From positions 1 through 30,273 of the IMG/VR virus record IMGVR_UViG_3300048598_000461: 30,273 nucleotides of DNA. The stretch is one strand, 5' to 3'. Under the pieces are notes generated by a model that saw only the letters and a list, made by a program, of their open reading frames with translations, was not told the origin of the DNA and made no database searches. Below, in pieces: positions 15,761-24,011 of the stretch (within the stretch, counting starts at the first letter, position 1; the number at the start of each line of letters is the position of its first letter). This stretch comes from a virus (lineage: Duplodnaviria; Caudoviricetes). A program made the position numbers and the translations under genes.

Positions 15761-18003
15761 TCCTTTGTCCTTTTCTGAATATCTGATAGTTTTATTTTTT
15801 CTCTTTTTGTAAATGTCTTTACATTGTGCCCGCTCAAACTGCATCCACACATCGAGGCAGCTACCGAGCAGCCCACCATGCAATCGAACCAATGATTATC
15901 AAGACCTCCGACCTTTGGTGACCATTGGTAAACTACCCTGCCGTGACCTTCAGTGCGTACCCAACTTTCAGAACCTGCTACATGCTGTGCAAACAATTCA
16001 TGCTGATGATTGCTTTTACCAAAGATTGTTAATGATCCATGGTCACCTGCCGCTACAAAGAACCGCTCATGAACAAATGTCTTCCAATAATTTGTATCAA
16101 TCGCCACATGAGTAAATTCTCCTGTTTTATTTATATTGGGGATATACCAATGATGACCGTGCCGCTCGCCGGGTTTTCGTTTGTAGGTTGACATTGGTTT
16201 ATTTGCAGCTTTGATACCAACGCCTTTTGATGCCATAATGGTTCCGCCAACTTTATGACGGATATTTTCAACAATGCCGGGCATATAGCCGCTATCAATT
16301 AAACAACGGTCTATTTTCATAACGCCTGTGCCTCGGTTCCAGTCTCTATTGAGGTAATCGCTGCATAGTTTTTCCAAACCGGCTTGGATCGCACCTTCTT
16401 TTTCCATACCGCGGTAAATATCCTGCAAACCAATTTGTGCCTTTCGAAGTGTAAACGATGCCCTTCTCTGATCCGGATATGTGCCATAATCTACAACAAA
16501 GCCTGTATAATCTTCTGCCCATGCGCATACTACATAAAATAATAATTTATCATGCACATCGATGAACATCGTAAGATATTGACAGGACAATGGAACATCA
16601 CCGCGTTTACGACCATTGATTTTTTCCATAACCTGTTCAATAGTTAAAACTTGCTCATCAGTTTGTTCTGCAATAGGATCGTTTTGATATTCGGCGTAAA
16701 ATGCAGTCTCATCACGCAGCATCAGGTTCATTGCATGCTGAATAGCTGAGACTTCATCTTCATTAAATCTTTGAGGCCAGGCAACACTGCTGCCAAAATC
16801 CATGGCGGCTCTATTTTGAATATAAAAATCAGTAGCCTCTTTTCCGCCATTGCCGGCTCGCAAACTATCAGCGCGGATTTCTTCGTATTTATCCCAAAGT
16901 TTCATATCAGAAGGCAATGCATAAACCATCTTCGTACACTGACCCTGCCATTCAGGATTTTTATCGGGATCAAGAATCTGATCAGCCAAATCATTACAAT
17001 AAATTTTGGTACAAGTAAGTAATCCTGATATTTTCTTACCCGGCCCTGCCATACCGAGGACATCACCATTTAAAGTACTTAATCGCTGATTCGTCTGGTC
17101 AACCGATTTTGCTGATTCTCTTGTTTGTGGGTCATCGATTAAAACCAGATCCGGCCGAATAATCTTGCCATCCATGGTTGTATGAATCTGGCCACGAATA
17201 TTTGAATCCAAACTATCAACAGTAATTACTGAACCTGATGCTATACTGCCCGGAATTGTTGGAATTACAATTTTATGCGTTCCCCAAACCGGATATGTAA
17301 GTCTGCCTTCATATCTTTGGCCCCGCTGTTTATGGGCAGAATTTTCCAGGCACTGAATTGGATAAATAATTTCAGGAAAATCTGCGAGAAGCAGACTATT
17401 TCCAAGCATTGCCGCTTGGACACTTTGAAATAAATTCAGCGATTGCCGAGTGGCGGAGCCAATCAAACAGACATATTTTCTGGCACCAATTAGTATTGCC
17501 CATATAGCGGCAGATCTTGTCAGAGCAGATTTGCCGCTGCCGCGAGGCATAGCAAAAGCAAACAGTCCACCATGGAGAACCGACTGTTCTATTTTGGAAA
17601 TTACTCGCAGATGGTCCTCAGACCAGGTTAAATAAAATACATCCGCAAAGTAAGTCTCACAAAAGAATCTAAAATCTTTGCACGCTTTTTCCCTGCGCTC
17701 CTGATTTTCAATCGCTGGAATTTCACCAATATCTTGAGCTTCTTTGCGGGCAGCATTTTTTGCAATCAAGTCTTTTAATCTAGATTCTTCTACAGACTGT
17801 TTCGCCTGTTTTGGTTTTTCATATTCTTTAGCAAGCCATGAAACATATCTCACCAGATTAATATGTTTGCCGTCACCAATGCGGTATGCGGCTGAATTCA
17901 TTTGCCAACGCAGTTGATTCTGGCTAAGCACATCGCCCAGCGGCGTTGCATTCATCAATCGAAGCAGCTGTATCTGCGATAAATTATTTACATCAATTGC
18001 CAT
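15757..18003 (-). CDS. Terminase large subunit (GpA-type nuclease domain)
   Basis: Walker A AMPRGSGKS, Walker B LVLIDDPQ, AEYQNDP, nuclease motifs FIDVH, LIDSG, NHWFDC. Confidence 0.92.
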   Translation of the reverse strand: MAIDVNNLSQIQLLRLMNATPLGDVLSQNQLRWQMNSAAYRIGDGKHINLVRYVSWLAKEYEKPKQAKQSVEESRLKDLIAKNAARKEAQDIGEIPAIENQERREKACKDFRFFCETYFADVFYLTWSEDHLRVISKIEQSVLHGGLFAFAMPRGSGKSALTRSAAIWAILIGARKYVCLIGSATRQSLNLFQSVQAAMLGNSLLLADFPEIIYPIQCLENSAHKQRGQRYEGRLTYPVWGTHKIVIPTIPGSIASGSVITVDSLDSNIRGQIHTTMDGKIIRPDLVLIDDPQTRESAKSVDQTNQRLSTLNGDVLGMAGPGKKISGLLTCTKIYCNDLADQILDPDKNPEWQGQCTKMVYALPSDMKLWDKYEEIRADSLRAGNGGKEATDFYIQNRAAMDFGSSVAWPQRFNEDEVSAIQHAMNLMLRDETAFYAEYQNDPIAEQTDEQVLTIEQVMEKINGRKRGDVPLSCQYLTMFIDVHDKLLFYVVCAWAEDYTGFVVDYGTYPDQRRASFTLRKAQIGLQDIYRGMEKEGAIQAGLEKLCSDYLNRDWNRGTGVMKIDRCLIDSGYMPGIVENIRHKVGGTIMASKGVGIKAANKPMSTYKRKPGERHGHHWYIPNINKTGEFTHVAIDTNYWKTFVHERFFVAAGDHGSLTIFGKSNHQHELFAQHVAGSESWVRTEGHGRVVYQWSPKVGGLDNHWFDCMVGCSVAASMCGCSLSGHNVKTFTKREKIKLSDIQKRTKE

Positions 18004-18187
18004 TGTTGATCCTGCTATTTAGCCATGCCGCGTAATTAACCAAATTAATTGTTCCGTCCGCCGCTACGGGCGTACCTTGTTCGATATGTTTCTGGACAAT
18101 CTCAACTTGCAATCCAAGCATTTTAGCGGCTGTTTCAGGCGTCAATGCCGCTGGGTTTATCTGTTTTGTGTCATTTTGTGTGGTCAT
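17993..18187 (-). CDS. Small HTH protein, terminase small subunit candidate
   Basis: 64 aa, LTPETAAKMLG...IVQKHIEQGTP HTH-like pattern; overlaps the terminase start. Confidence 0.65.
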   Translation of the reverse strand: MTTQNDTKQINPAALTPETAAKMLGLQVEIVQKHIEQGTPVAADGTINLVNYAAWLNSRINNGN

Positions 18188-18297
18188 AAAAATTCCATGT
18201 AATTACTTTAAATAATTCATGTTAATGAGTTGCTTTACCATTTTCATTTAGATAACACATGCATGTCCTTAAACGATAATTTTTGAAAGGCAAAAAA

Positions 18298-18540
18298 ATG
18301 GCAAAAGAACAAACGGCAAAAGAAGCATATAGAGCAGCCAAGAACGATATTGCGAATCTGCTCGATTGGTTCGATTGCGAAATGGGCAAAAATGAACCTA
18401 AAGAAATTGACTGGACGGTAGTTGGCAGCCTCCAGAAAGTTCGATCCGACCTGATTGAAGCACTGGCGTCACTTTCAGGATTCGAAGAAAAACAAATCAA
18501 AGAATCACTGGAAGAATCAAATGAAAGGAAAACCAAATGA
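18298..18540 (+). CDS. Hypothetical protein (inverted island gene 1)
   Basis: 80 aa from MAKEQTAK, GAAAGG RBS. Confidence 0.7.
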   Translation: MAKEQTAKEAYRAAKNDIANLLDWFDCEMGKNEPKEIDWTVVGSLQKVRSDLIEALASLSGFEEKQIKESLEESNERKTK

Positions 18541-18710
18541 AGATTGAAATCACAAAAGGCAAATACAAAGGAATTCGCGGCAGAGTAGTTGGAGTCTATA
18601 CCGACGGCCGCTACGACATCAACGTTATCAAACCAACCCACACAAAACCCAGCCAACCAAAAATACCCACACAAATGGTCATCAAAATAAATAATTGCAA
18701 GGAGATATAA
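18537..18710 (+). CDS. Small KOW-motif-like protein (island gene 2)
   Basis: Below ORF-track cutoff; 57 aa MKIEITKGKYKGIRGRVVGV..., ATGA overlap with gene 1, AAGGA RBS. Confidence 0.65.
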   Translation: MKIEITKGKYKGIRGRVVGVYTDGRYDINVIKPTHTKPSQPKIPTQMVIKINNCKEI

Positions 18711-18713
18711 CCA

Positions 18714-18965
18714 ATGAAGGTTAAAACAATCACACTCGAAGGCGATACAGGATACATAGCAACAATCAGCAGAGAAGAAAACAGTATCGTCTGTCATATC
18801 GCAGATAACACCGGAAATTGCGTAAACATCCATCTTGCATCGCCGGATGATCGGGATGATCAATATAGTCTTGCCGAATGCATACAATTTCAATTGGATG
18901 GCTGCCATGGCACCAACAGCATGAAACATGATTATTTTAGATTCATTACACTTTTCGCAGATTAA
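18714..18965 (+). CDS. Hypothetical protein (island gene 3)
   Basis: 83 aa, AAGGAG RBS. Confidence 0.75.
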   Translation: MKVKTITLEGDTGYIATISREENSIVCHIADNTGNCVNIHLASPDDRDDQYSLAECIQFQLDGCHGTNSMKHDYFRFITLFAD

Positions 18966-18977
18966 GGAGGTTTGACC

Positions 18978-19148
18978 ATGAACGAAGCAGATATCCAGGA
19001 AATTATCAAAGACGCCATAAGTGACCAGGATGAAATTACAAGAGTCCAGACCTTTGAAGAAGCCTGCGTTCTTACCACAAATAACGGACTTGTCATCCGA
19101 ACCAGCGATGGCAGCGAGTTTCAAATTACTATAGTTCAAAGCAGATAA
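18978..19148 (+). CDS. Hypothetical protein (island gene 4)
   Basis: Below ORF-track cutoff; 56 aa MNEADIQ...TFEEACVLTTNNGLVIRTSDGSEFQITIVQSR with TAAGGAGG RBS. Confidence 0.8.
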   Translation: MNEADIQEIIKDAISDQDEITRVQTFEEACVLTTNNGLVIRTSDGSEFQITIVQSR

Positions 19149-19178
19149 TAAAATATTTTTTACGAAAGGAAGATTACA

Positions 19179-19646
19179 ATGCAAAAGGAAGAAATCAAAA
19201 TCAGTAAAGTCTATGCAATGAAAATCGGCAAGAATACCGTCGGTGTCCGTATTATGAGCGAACATAAAGATGGCGGATGGGTTGGTGTCAATGTCAATAC
19301 CAGCAAAGAACTGATTATCAGATCCGCCGACAGGCTTCTGGGTCTCTATCAAGTCAAAAAAGAAAAGCCCACAACTGCCCAAAGCGAGCCGACCACAGAT
19401 GCCAATCCGACAAAGGTCAAAAAACTTGGCGGTTTGTTGGCAGCCTTTATGGTCCTCGCCGATGCCGGCCAGCCGTTGGATTGTCAGGAGATTGTCAAAC
19501 GAATGATCGATCAGGGTATGTGGAAAACTGGCGGCAAGACTCCAGCCAGTACGATTTATTCCGCAATCACGCGCGAGATCAAAGAAAAAGGTACCGAATC
19601 CAGATTCGTCAAAACCGAGAGAGGTAAATTTTCGGCTGTTAAATAG
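19179..19646 (+). CDS. Winged-helix (HARE-HTH-like) DNA-binding protein (island gene 5)
   Basis: C-terminal VLADAGQPL..QEI....WKTGGKTPASTIYSAITREI...RF.K..RGKF. Confidence 0.8.
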   Translation: MQKEEIKISKVYAMKIGKNTVGVRIMSEHKDGGWVGVNVNTSKELIIRSADRLLGLYQVKKEKPTTAQSEPTTDANPTKVKKLGGLLAAFMVLADAGQPLDCQEIVKRMIDQGMWKTGGKTPASTIYSAITREIKEKGTESRFVKTERGKFSAVK

Positions 19647-19654
19647 CGTAACCA

Positions 19655-20941
19655 TTACTCTGCCTCCTCAACCCTGGCCTCGGCTGGGGTTTTGGCGTTG
19701 TTAGGCTCAACACCGCTAGTAAAGTTTTCTTTACTTACGTTTTCAGCTAGGTAAGTTTCGTTTACTAGTCTCTGTGCTTTTTTTCCGGTAAATTGCTCCC
19801 ACCTGTTTTTTATAACATCGCAGTATGCCGGATCAATTTCAATACCATAACACTTCCGCCCTGTTTGCTCGCATGCAATCAGTGTACTGCCGCTTCCAAG
19901 GAATCCATCAAAAACAATCGTTCCTGGTACCGAACTATTCGTTATACCTTTTATGCAAAGTTCCACAGGTTTCATAGTTGGGTGAAGTTTAGAATTGAGC
20001 GGACGATTAATTTCCCATACTTCTGTTTGGGTTCTATCATCGCCAAAGCTGCTTTTACCAAACCAGCCATAAAAACAAGGTTCATACATACGCTGATAAT
20101 TTGCAGGCGTTAAAACAAGCTGCTGCTTTTTCCATATGATTGTCGCAGACCAGTGGCAGCCCATCTCCACAAGCCAAAGTCTCATTCTCATACCTTCCGG
20201 CCCCGAAGCTCCCCACATGTAAATATCGCCAGTATTGAACTCCTTAAATATTTCATACACCTTATGACAGAAGATACTCCACTCGTCTGTGGACATAGAA
20301 TCATTTTCAATGGAACGTATTTTGTGGCGGGGATTTTTTGAAGCACCATAATCGACATTATATGGAGGATCGGTGAAAATCAGGCCCGCCTTGTCGCCAT
20401 CCATCAGTTTAATCACATCATCACGGTTGGTGCTATCACCACATAGTAATCTGTGTTCACCCAATAGCCAAATATCACCAGGCTTTGTTATAGGTTCGGC
20501 CGGAGGTTCCGGCACATCGTCGGGGTCGGTAAGTCCATCTTGTATGCCGGGATCGAGTATTTTGGCAAGCTCGTCACTGTCGAAACCAAGCAGTTCGAGA
20601 TTGAAATCCATCGACTGCAAATCCTTTAATTCGATAGGAAGCAATTCATAGTTCCATTCTGCTATCGTAGCTGTTTGATTATCAGCGATTCGATATGCTT
20701 TAATCTGGGCTTGGGTCAAATCCTGGGCCACATGGACAGGAACTTTTTGTAGCCCAAGTTTCTGGGCCGCCTTATACCGTGTATGGCCGACGATTATTAT
20801 CCCATCTTTATCAACAACAATAGGCTGTCGAAATCCAAATTCCTTCAAACTTGCCATAACTGCCTCAATGGCCTTGTCATTAATGCGAGGATTACTCTCG
20901 TATGGCTTTATATCTTCAATGCTTAATAATTCGATTTTCAT
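19655..20941 (-). CDS. ParB N-terminal domain - DNA N6/N4 methyltransferase fusion
   Basis: ParB-like NPR...FGFRQPIVVD...GHTR; catalytic DPPY precedes HPTMKP and FLGSGST (beta class). Confidence 0.92.
   Translation of the reverse strand: MKIELLSIEDIKPYESNPRINDKAIEAVMASLKEFGFRQPIVVDKDGIIIVGHTRYKAAQKLGLQKVPVHVAQDLTQAQIKAYRIADNQTATIAEWNYELLPIELKDLQSMDFNLELLGFDSDELAKILDPGIQDGLTDPDDVPEPPAEPITKPGDIWLLGEHRLLCGDSTNRDDVIKLMDGDKAGLIFTDPPYNVDYGASKNPRHKIRSIENDSMSTDEWSIFCHKVYEIFKEFNTGDIYMWGASGPEGMRMRLWLVEMGCHWSATIIWKKQQLVLTPANYQRMYEPCFYGWFGKSSFGDDRTQTEVWEINRPLNSKLHPTMKPVELCIKGITNSSVPGTIVFDGFLGSGSTLIACEQTGRKCYGIEIDPAYCDVIKNRWEQFTGKKAQRLVNETYLAENVSKENFTSGVEPNNAKTPAEARVEEAE
19670..19693 (+). terminator. Intrinsic terminator for the inverted island
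   Basis: ACCCTGGC-CTCG-GCTGGGGT (two G:U pairs) followed by TTT, just after the gene 5 stop and inside the 3' end of the methylase gene. Confidence 0.55.
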
Positions 20942-20993
20942 AATAAAAACTCTTTCTATAAAAAATGTAGTTCGCGACCGAATGTCTTATTTA

Positions 20994-21044
20994 CGCCGAC
21001 CGTTCCCATCGCCAATGCGGAGAATTATTTTTTTCCAAGGACCC
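20994..21044 (-). other. Candidate cos packaging site (cosQ-like GGGTCCT plus GC-rich segment)
   Basis: Minus-strand GGGTCCT at 21044-21038 is identical to lambda cosQ; followed by CCGCATTGGCGATGGGAACGGTCGGCG; intergenic, upstream of the packaging genes. Confidence 0.45.
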
Positions 21045-21155
21045 GCGTTTTTCGCCCACGTTGCGACAGGTTGCGAGAAGTACAATCTTTTATCATTTGC
21101 TTACTTCTTACTTTTTGTTGCAACCTGCGCAAACGTGTGCGATAGAGCGGCAAAG

Positions 21156-21791
21156 TTAACTGCCAAGCTTTGTCTTTCTTGCTTCACCAATGTTCTGATA
21201 AAGCTGGGTTTCAACAGCTTTCACTTCCGGCACAGTTGATTGCGATACCTGCTTCATAGTCAGTTCAACACCCTGCTTATGCGCATCATACTTGGCAAGA
21301 GCCTCGGCTGCTTTTCGTGCATTCTTTTTCGCCATTGCCGCTGCAAATGCTGCTGCCAATCCAAGACCTACATCAATCAAAGGTGCATAAGGATTGAAAG
21401 GTGAGCTAGCTGCATTTGCGGCTCTCGCTCCTTCAAGCACAGTAGTTAGCCCGTCATCCGGATTTGTGTACTGTGCATTTCTCAATGCATCTGCAATCGC
21501 AACGGTTTTCCCTTGTACAGAGTCGATGCCGCTTTGAAGCTTTTCAATGGTAGCCATTGTGTTGCTGTCAAAATTTCCGTTTTCCTTGAGCGCCTCAAGT
21601 GTCGCTTTGGTCTGCTGCTGGAAATCATCAATCTGACTGCTTAACTGCTGTGTTTGATCGGCCAGATTTCGGATTGTCTCCGGCTGAACATTCGGCATTT
21701 GACAGCCTCCGATCCAGAGACCAAGGATCGTGACGATGATAATTGCTACAATCGCTAGATCCCATTTACTGATTTGTTTTAAAGATTTCAT
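21156..21791 (-). CDS. Lipoprotein with coiled coil and C-terminal hydrophobic helix
   Basis: 211 aa from MKSLKQ (AGGAG RBS); signal peptide ending LWIGG-C; Gln-rich heptads; PLIDVGLGLAAAFAAAMA followed by KKNARK. Confidence 0.75.
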   Translation of the reverse strand: MKSLKQISKWDLAIVAIIIVTILGLWIGGCQMPNVQPETIRNLADQTQQLSSQIDDFQQQTKATLEALKENGNFDSNTMATIEKLQSGIDSVQGKTVAIADALRNAQYTNPDDGLTTVLEGARAANAASSPFNPYAPLIDVGLGLAAAFAAAMAKKNARKAAEALAKYDAHKQGVELTMKQVSQSTVPEVKAVETQLYQNIGEARKTKLGS

Positions 21792-21820
21792 TTCCGTACT
21801 CCTGTAAAAATAATAATTAA

Positions 21821-22450
21821 TTAAAACGGCACATCGCCGCTTGTTTTTTGTTTTGATTCTTCTGGAAAATCGAACCAATGTTCGAATTCGTAATATTTCG
21901 TATTTAATGTTTTTAGCGCCTCATCACGTGAATCACCGAACAGAGTAATGCCTTTTTTGACAACACCTCTGGGCGAAAATATTCTCCTACCATGTGCATC
22001 GAGGACAAAAACTGTTGCATCAAATCTGGGGTGCACAATCCTGTCAGCAAATTCCAGCCAATCAATTCTGGCTCGACCATCGACAGTGAATTTCTGCTCA
22101 ACTTCTTTGAAGTCTTTGAACTTTGGATTTTCATATCCGAAGTGCTGGAGAACTGTGCGAACCGCTGAACGAAATGTCTCAGATTTGAATCTTACATCTG
22201 GTAAATTTGTTCCCTCGTTCCCTGTTCCCTCTCTATTCTTTTCTCTATATATATTATTACCCCCCTCTATATTATTATTTTCTATATTTTTATTTCTATT
22301 CTGTTTAATAGAAGAGAAGGAGGAACAACCAGGAACATTATCTATGTTAACGCTTTTTTCTTGCCTTAATTTCAAAAACAAGTCTTTGCTGTTCCCGCCA
22401 GAAGTTGGAACAATGGAAGAAATTTCGTTGTATGCCGGAACGTTTTTCAT
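21821..22450 (-). CDS. Hypothetical protein overlapping the candidate origin
   Basis: 209-aa ORF; low-complexity N-terminal half, globular-looking C-terminal half ending SGDVPF. Confidence 0.5.
   Translation of the reverse strand: MKNVPAYNEISSIVPTSGGNSKDLFLKLRQEKSVNIDNVPGCSSFSSIKQNRNKNIENNNIEGGNNIYREKNREGTGNEGTNLPDVRFKSETFRSAVRTVLQHFGYENPKFKDFKEVEQKFTVDGRARIDWLEFADRIVHPRFDATVFVLDAHGRRIFSPRGVVKKGITLFGDSRDEALKTLNTKYYEFEHWFDFPEESKQKTSGDVPF
22209..22441. promoter_or_regulatory. Candidate replication origin (GTTCC/GGAAC iterons around an AT-rich core)
   Basis: Eight pentamer copies in 233 bp, directly downstream of the D5 helicase gene. Confidence 0.55.
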
Positions 22451-23977
22451 TTAATCACCATTGCAGATATATTCGCTATCTTGAGAGAGTTTTACGCCAT
22501 AGTAAAAATACGCAAGATTCAGTCCATCACGACCTCGTCTGCGGTCATAAAGCGGGAACAATTTCTTAAAGGTTTTTGCCAGTTTCTTTTGGCTCTTTGC
22601 ACCGATTCCTTGGGCCTTGCACCACTGTTCGTAACAGCTTCTTACAAGGTCGCAGCGGACTCTTATTTCTTCATCATCAGGATTTCCTGCCTCGAAATTT
22701 TCTTCGAAAAATGTGTATTCCGGAATTGCTTCACGGCGATATTCTTCCACTCTCTGCTGACAAACTTGAGGAATAACAAAGCCGTATTTTTCTACTTTTC
22801 TTGCACCTTCCAAAGCCCACTTGAGAACACCTGGCATTTCGGTTGCAATAAGTTTTTGAGCCAGACCTTTATCACGCTTTTCCTCTGAAATTATGTTATC
22901 AAACGGAGCAATTAATAATCTTCTCCACACACCATCAGACGTGTCTTTAAAAGACGGCAGATGATTTGTAACAATCATTATTTTGGCGGTTGGATAGGCT
23001 GTAAATGATTCCTGGTATAATCTCTTAAAAGTATAAATGGTGCCACCGGTATAATGTTTAAGATGCGTTTCGATTGCTTCTTCAAGCAGCGATTCTGATT
23101 CGTCAGTTACATTTAAAAGCTTTCCATAGGTCTGAACGACATAATGAGGATCATCAAATTTCTCAAGCGGTATTGCCGAAACGTTTTCACGACCTAGTAA
23201 ATGCGTCAGTACATCAACAAAAACACTTTTGCCGGTACCGGCCTCCCCGTAGACAATCATAAATCTTTGTTCACTCTGATTGTTTTTCATCAGGCAATAG
23301 CCGGCCCATTGCTGCAATAGGTCAAATAGTTCTTCATTGCCGTTAGTTACATCTACAAGGAATTTAATCCATAACTCACTATCCTTCTCGCCATGCCAGG
23401 AGTAAGGTAAATAATTAAGTGTGTAATACTGCTGATTGCACGGATGCAATATGTATGGATGCTGTCGCCAATCTAATAAACCATTTTGCAGGGCAATGAT
23501 ATGATTGGGATCAAGACCGCCATCGATACTGCACGGAGCGGCCTGCTTGGGGCGAAGGTAAACTTCATTAAGAAATGAAAGCTGCCTGGCTATATCCGTA
23601 AGTTTTTTAGTGGTTACACTGACGCGTTCTTTAGTTTTGCCACGTTGAAAAACACAGCGATTCGTAAATTGGCTGATATATCGCCATAGCTGGGTTTTCT
23701 CGTCAATGGTCTGGTATTTACCATCTTTGAACATTGTCCAGCCATCGCAAGGCTGGTATTTATGCTTTACATCACAATCTTTTCTACTCCACTGTTCAAA
23801 GTTTTTAGCGATAGTATCAGGGTGGTCATCATTTAAGATAACCACCCCTTTATCGACGCCGTGCTCGGTGGGCGTATTTTTTTTATCGGATGTCGGATTA
23901 AGCTCTTTATCTGGCTTAAACAACGGGGCCGATTTCATCAGGAGACTAAAAGCTGCCTTGCGTTTAAGGTCTATCAT
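22451..23977 (-). CDS. D5/P4-family SF3 helicase
   Basis: IALQNGLLD, QQWAGYCL, Walker A GEAGTGKS, VTDE, TNHLP, DTSDGVWRR. Confidence 0.92.
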   Translation of the reverse strand: MIDLKRKAAFSLLMKSAPLFKPDKELNPTSDKKNTPTEHGVDKGVVILNDDHPDTIAKNFEQWSRKDCDVKHKYQPCDGWTMFKDGKYQTIDEKTQLWRYISQFTNRCVFQRGKTKERVSVTTKKLTDIARQLSFLNEVYLRPKQAAPCSIDGGLDPNHIIALQNGLLDWRQHPYILHPCNQQYYTLNYLPYSWHGEKDSELWIKFLVDVTNGNEELFDLLQQWAGYCLMKNNQSEQRFMIVYGEAGTGKSVFVDVLTHLLGRENVSAIPLEKFDDPHYVVQTYGKLLNVTDESESLLEEAIETHLKHYTGGTIYTFKRLYQESFTAYPTAKIMIVTNHLPSFKDTSDGVWRRLLIAPFDNIISEEKRDKGLAQKLIATEMPGVLKWALEGARKVEKYGFVIPQVCQQRVEEYRREAIPEYTFFEENFEAGNPDDEEIRVRCDLVRSCYEQWCKAQGIGAKSQKKLAKTFKKLFPLYDRRRGRDGLNLAYFYYGVKLSQDSEYICNGD

Positions 23978-24011
23978 TGTAAAACCTCATCATCATCGAA
24001 AGGTATTTGTT

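Noticed and set aside
18222-19655. 477-aa ORF as an ordinary protein-coding gene
   Set aside because: Fully overlaps five plus-strand genes with strong RBSs and has shadow-like composition; retained only as a finding.
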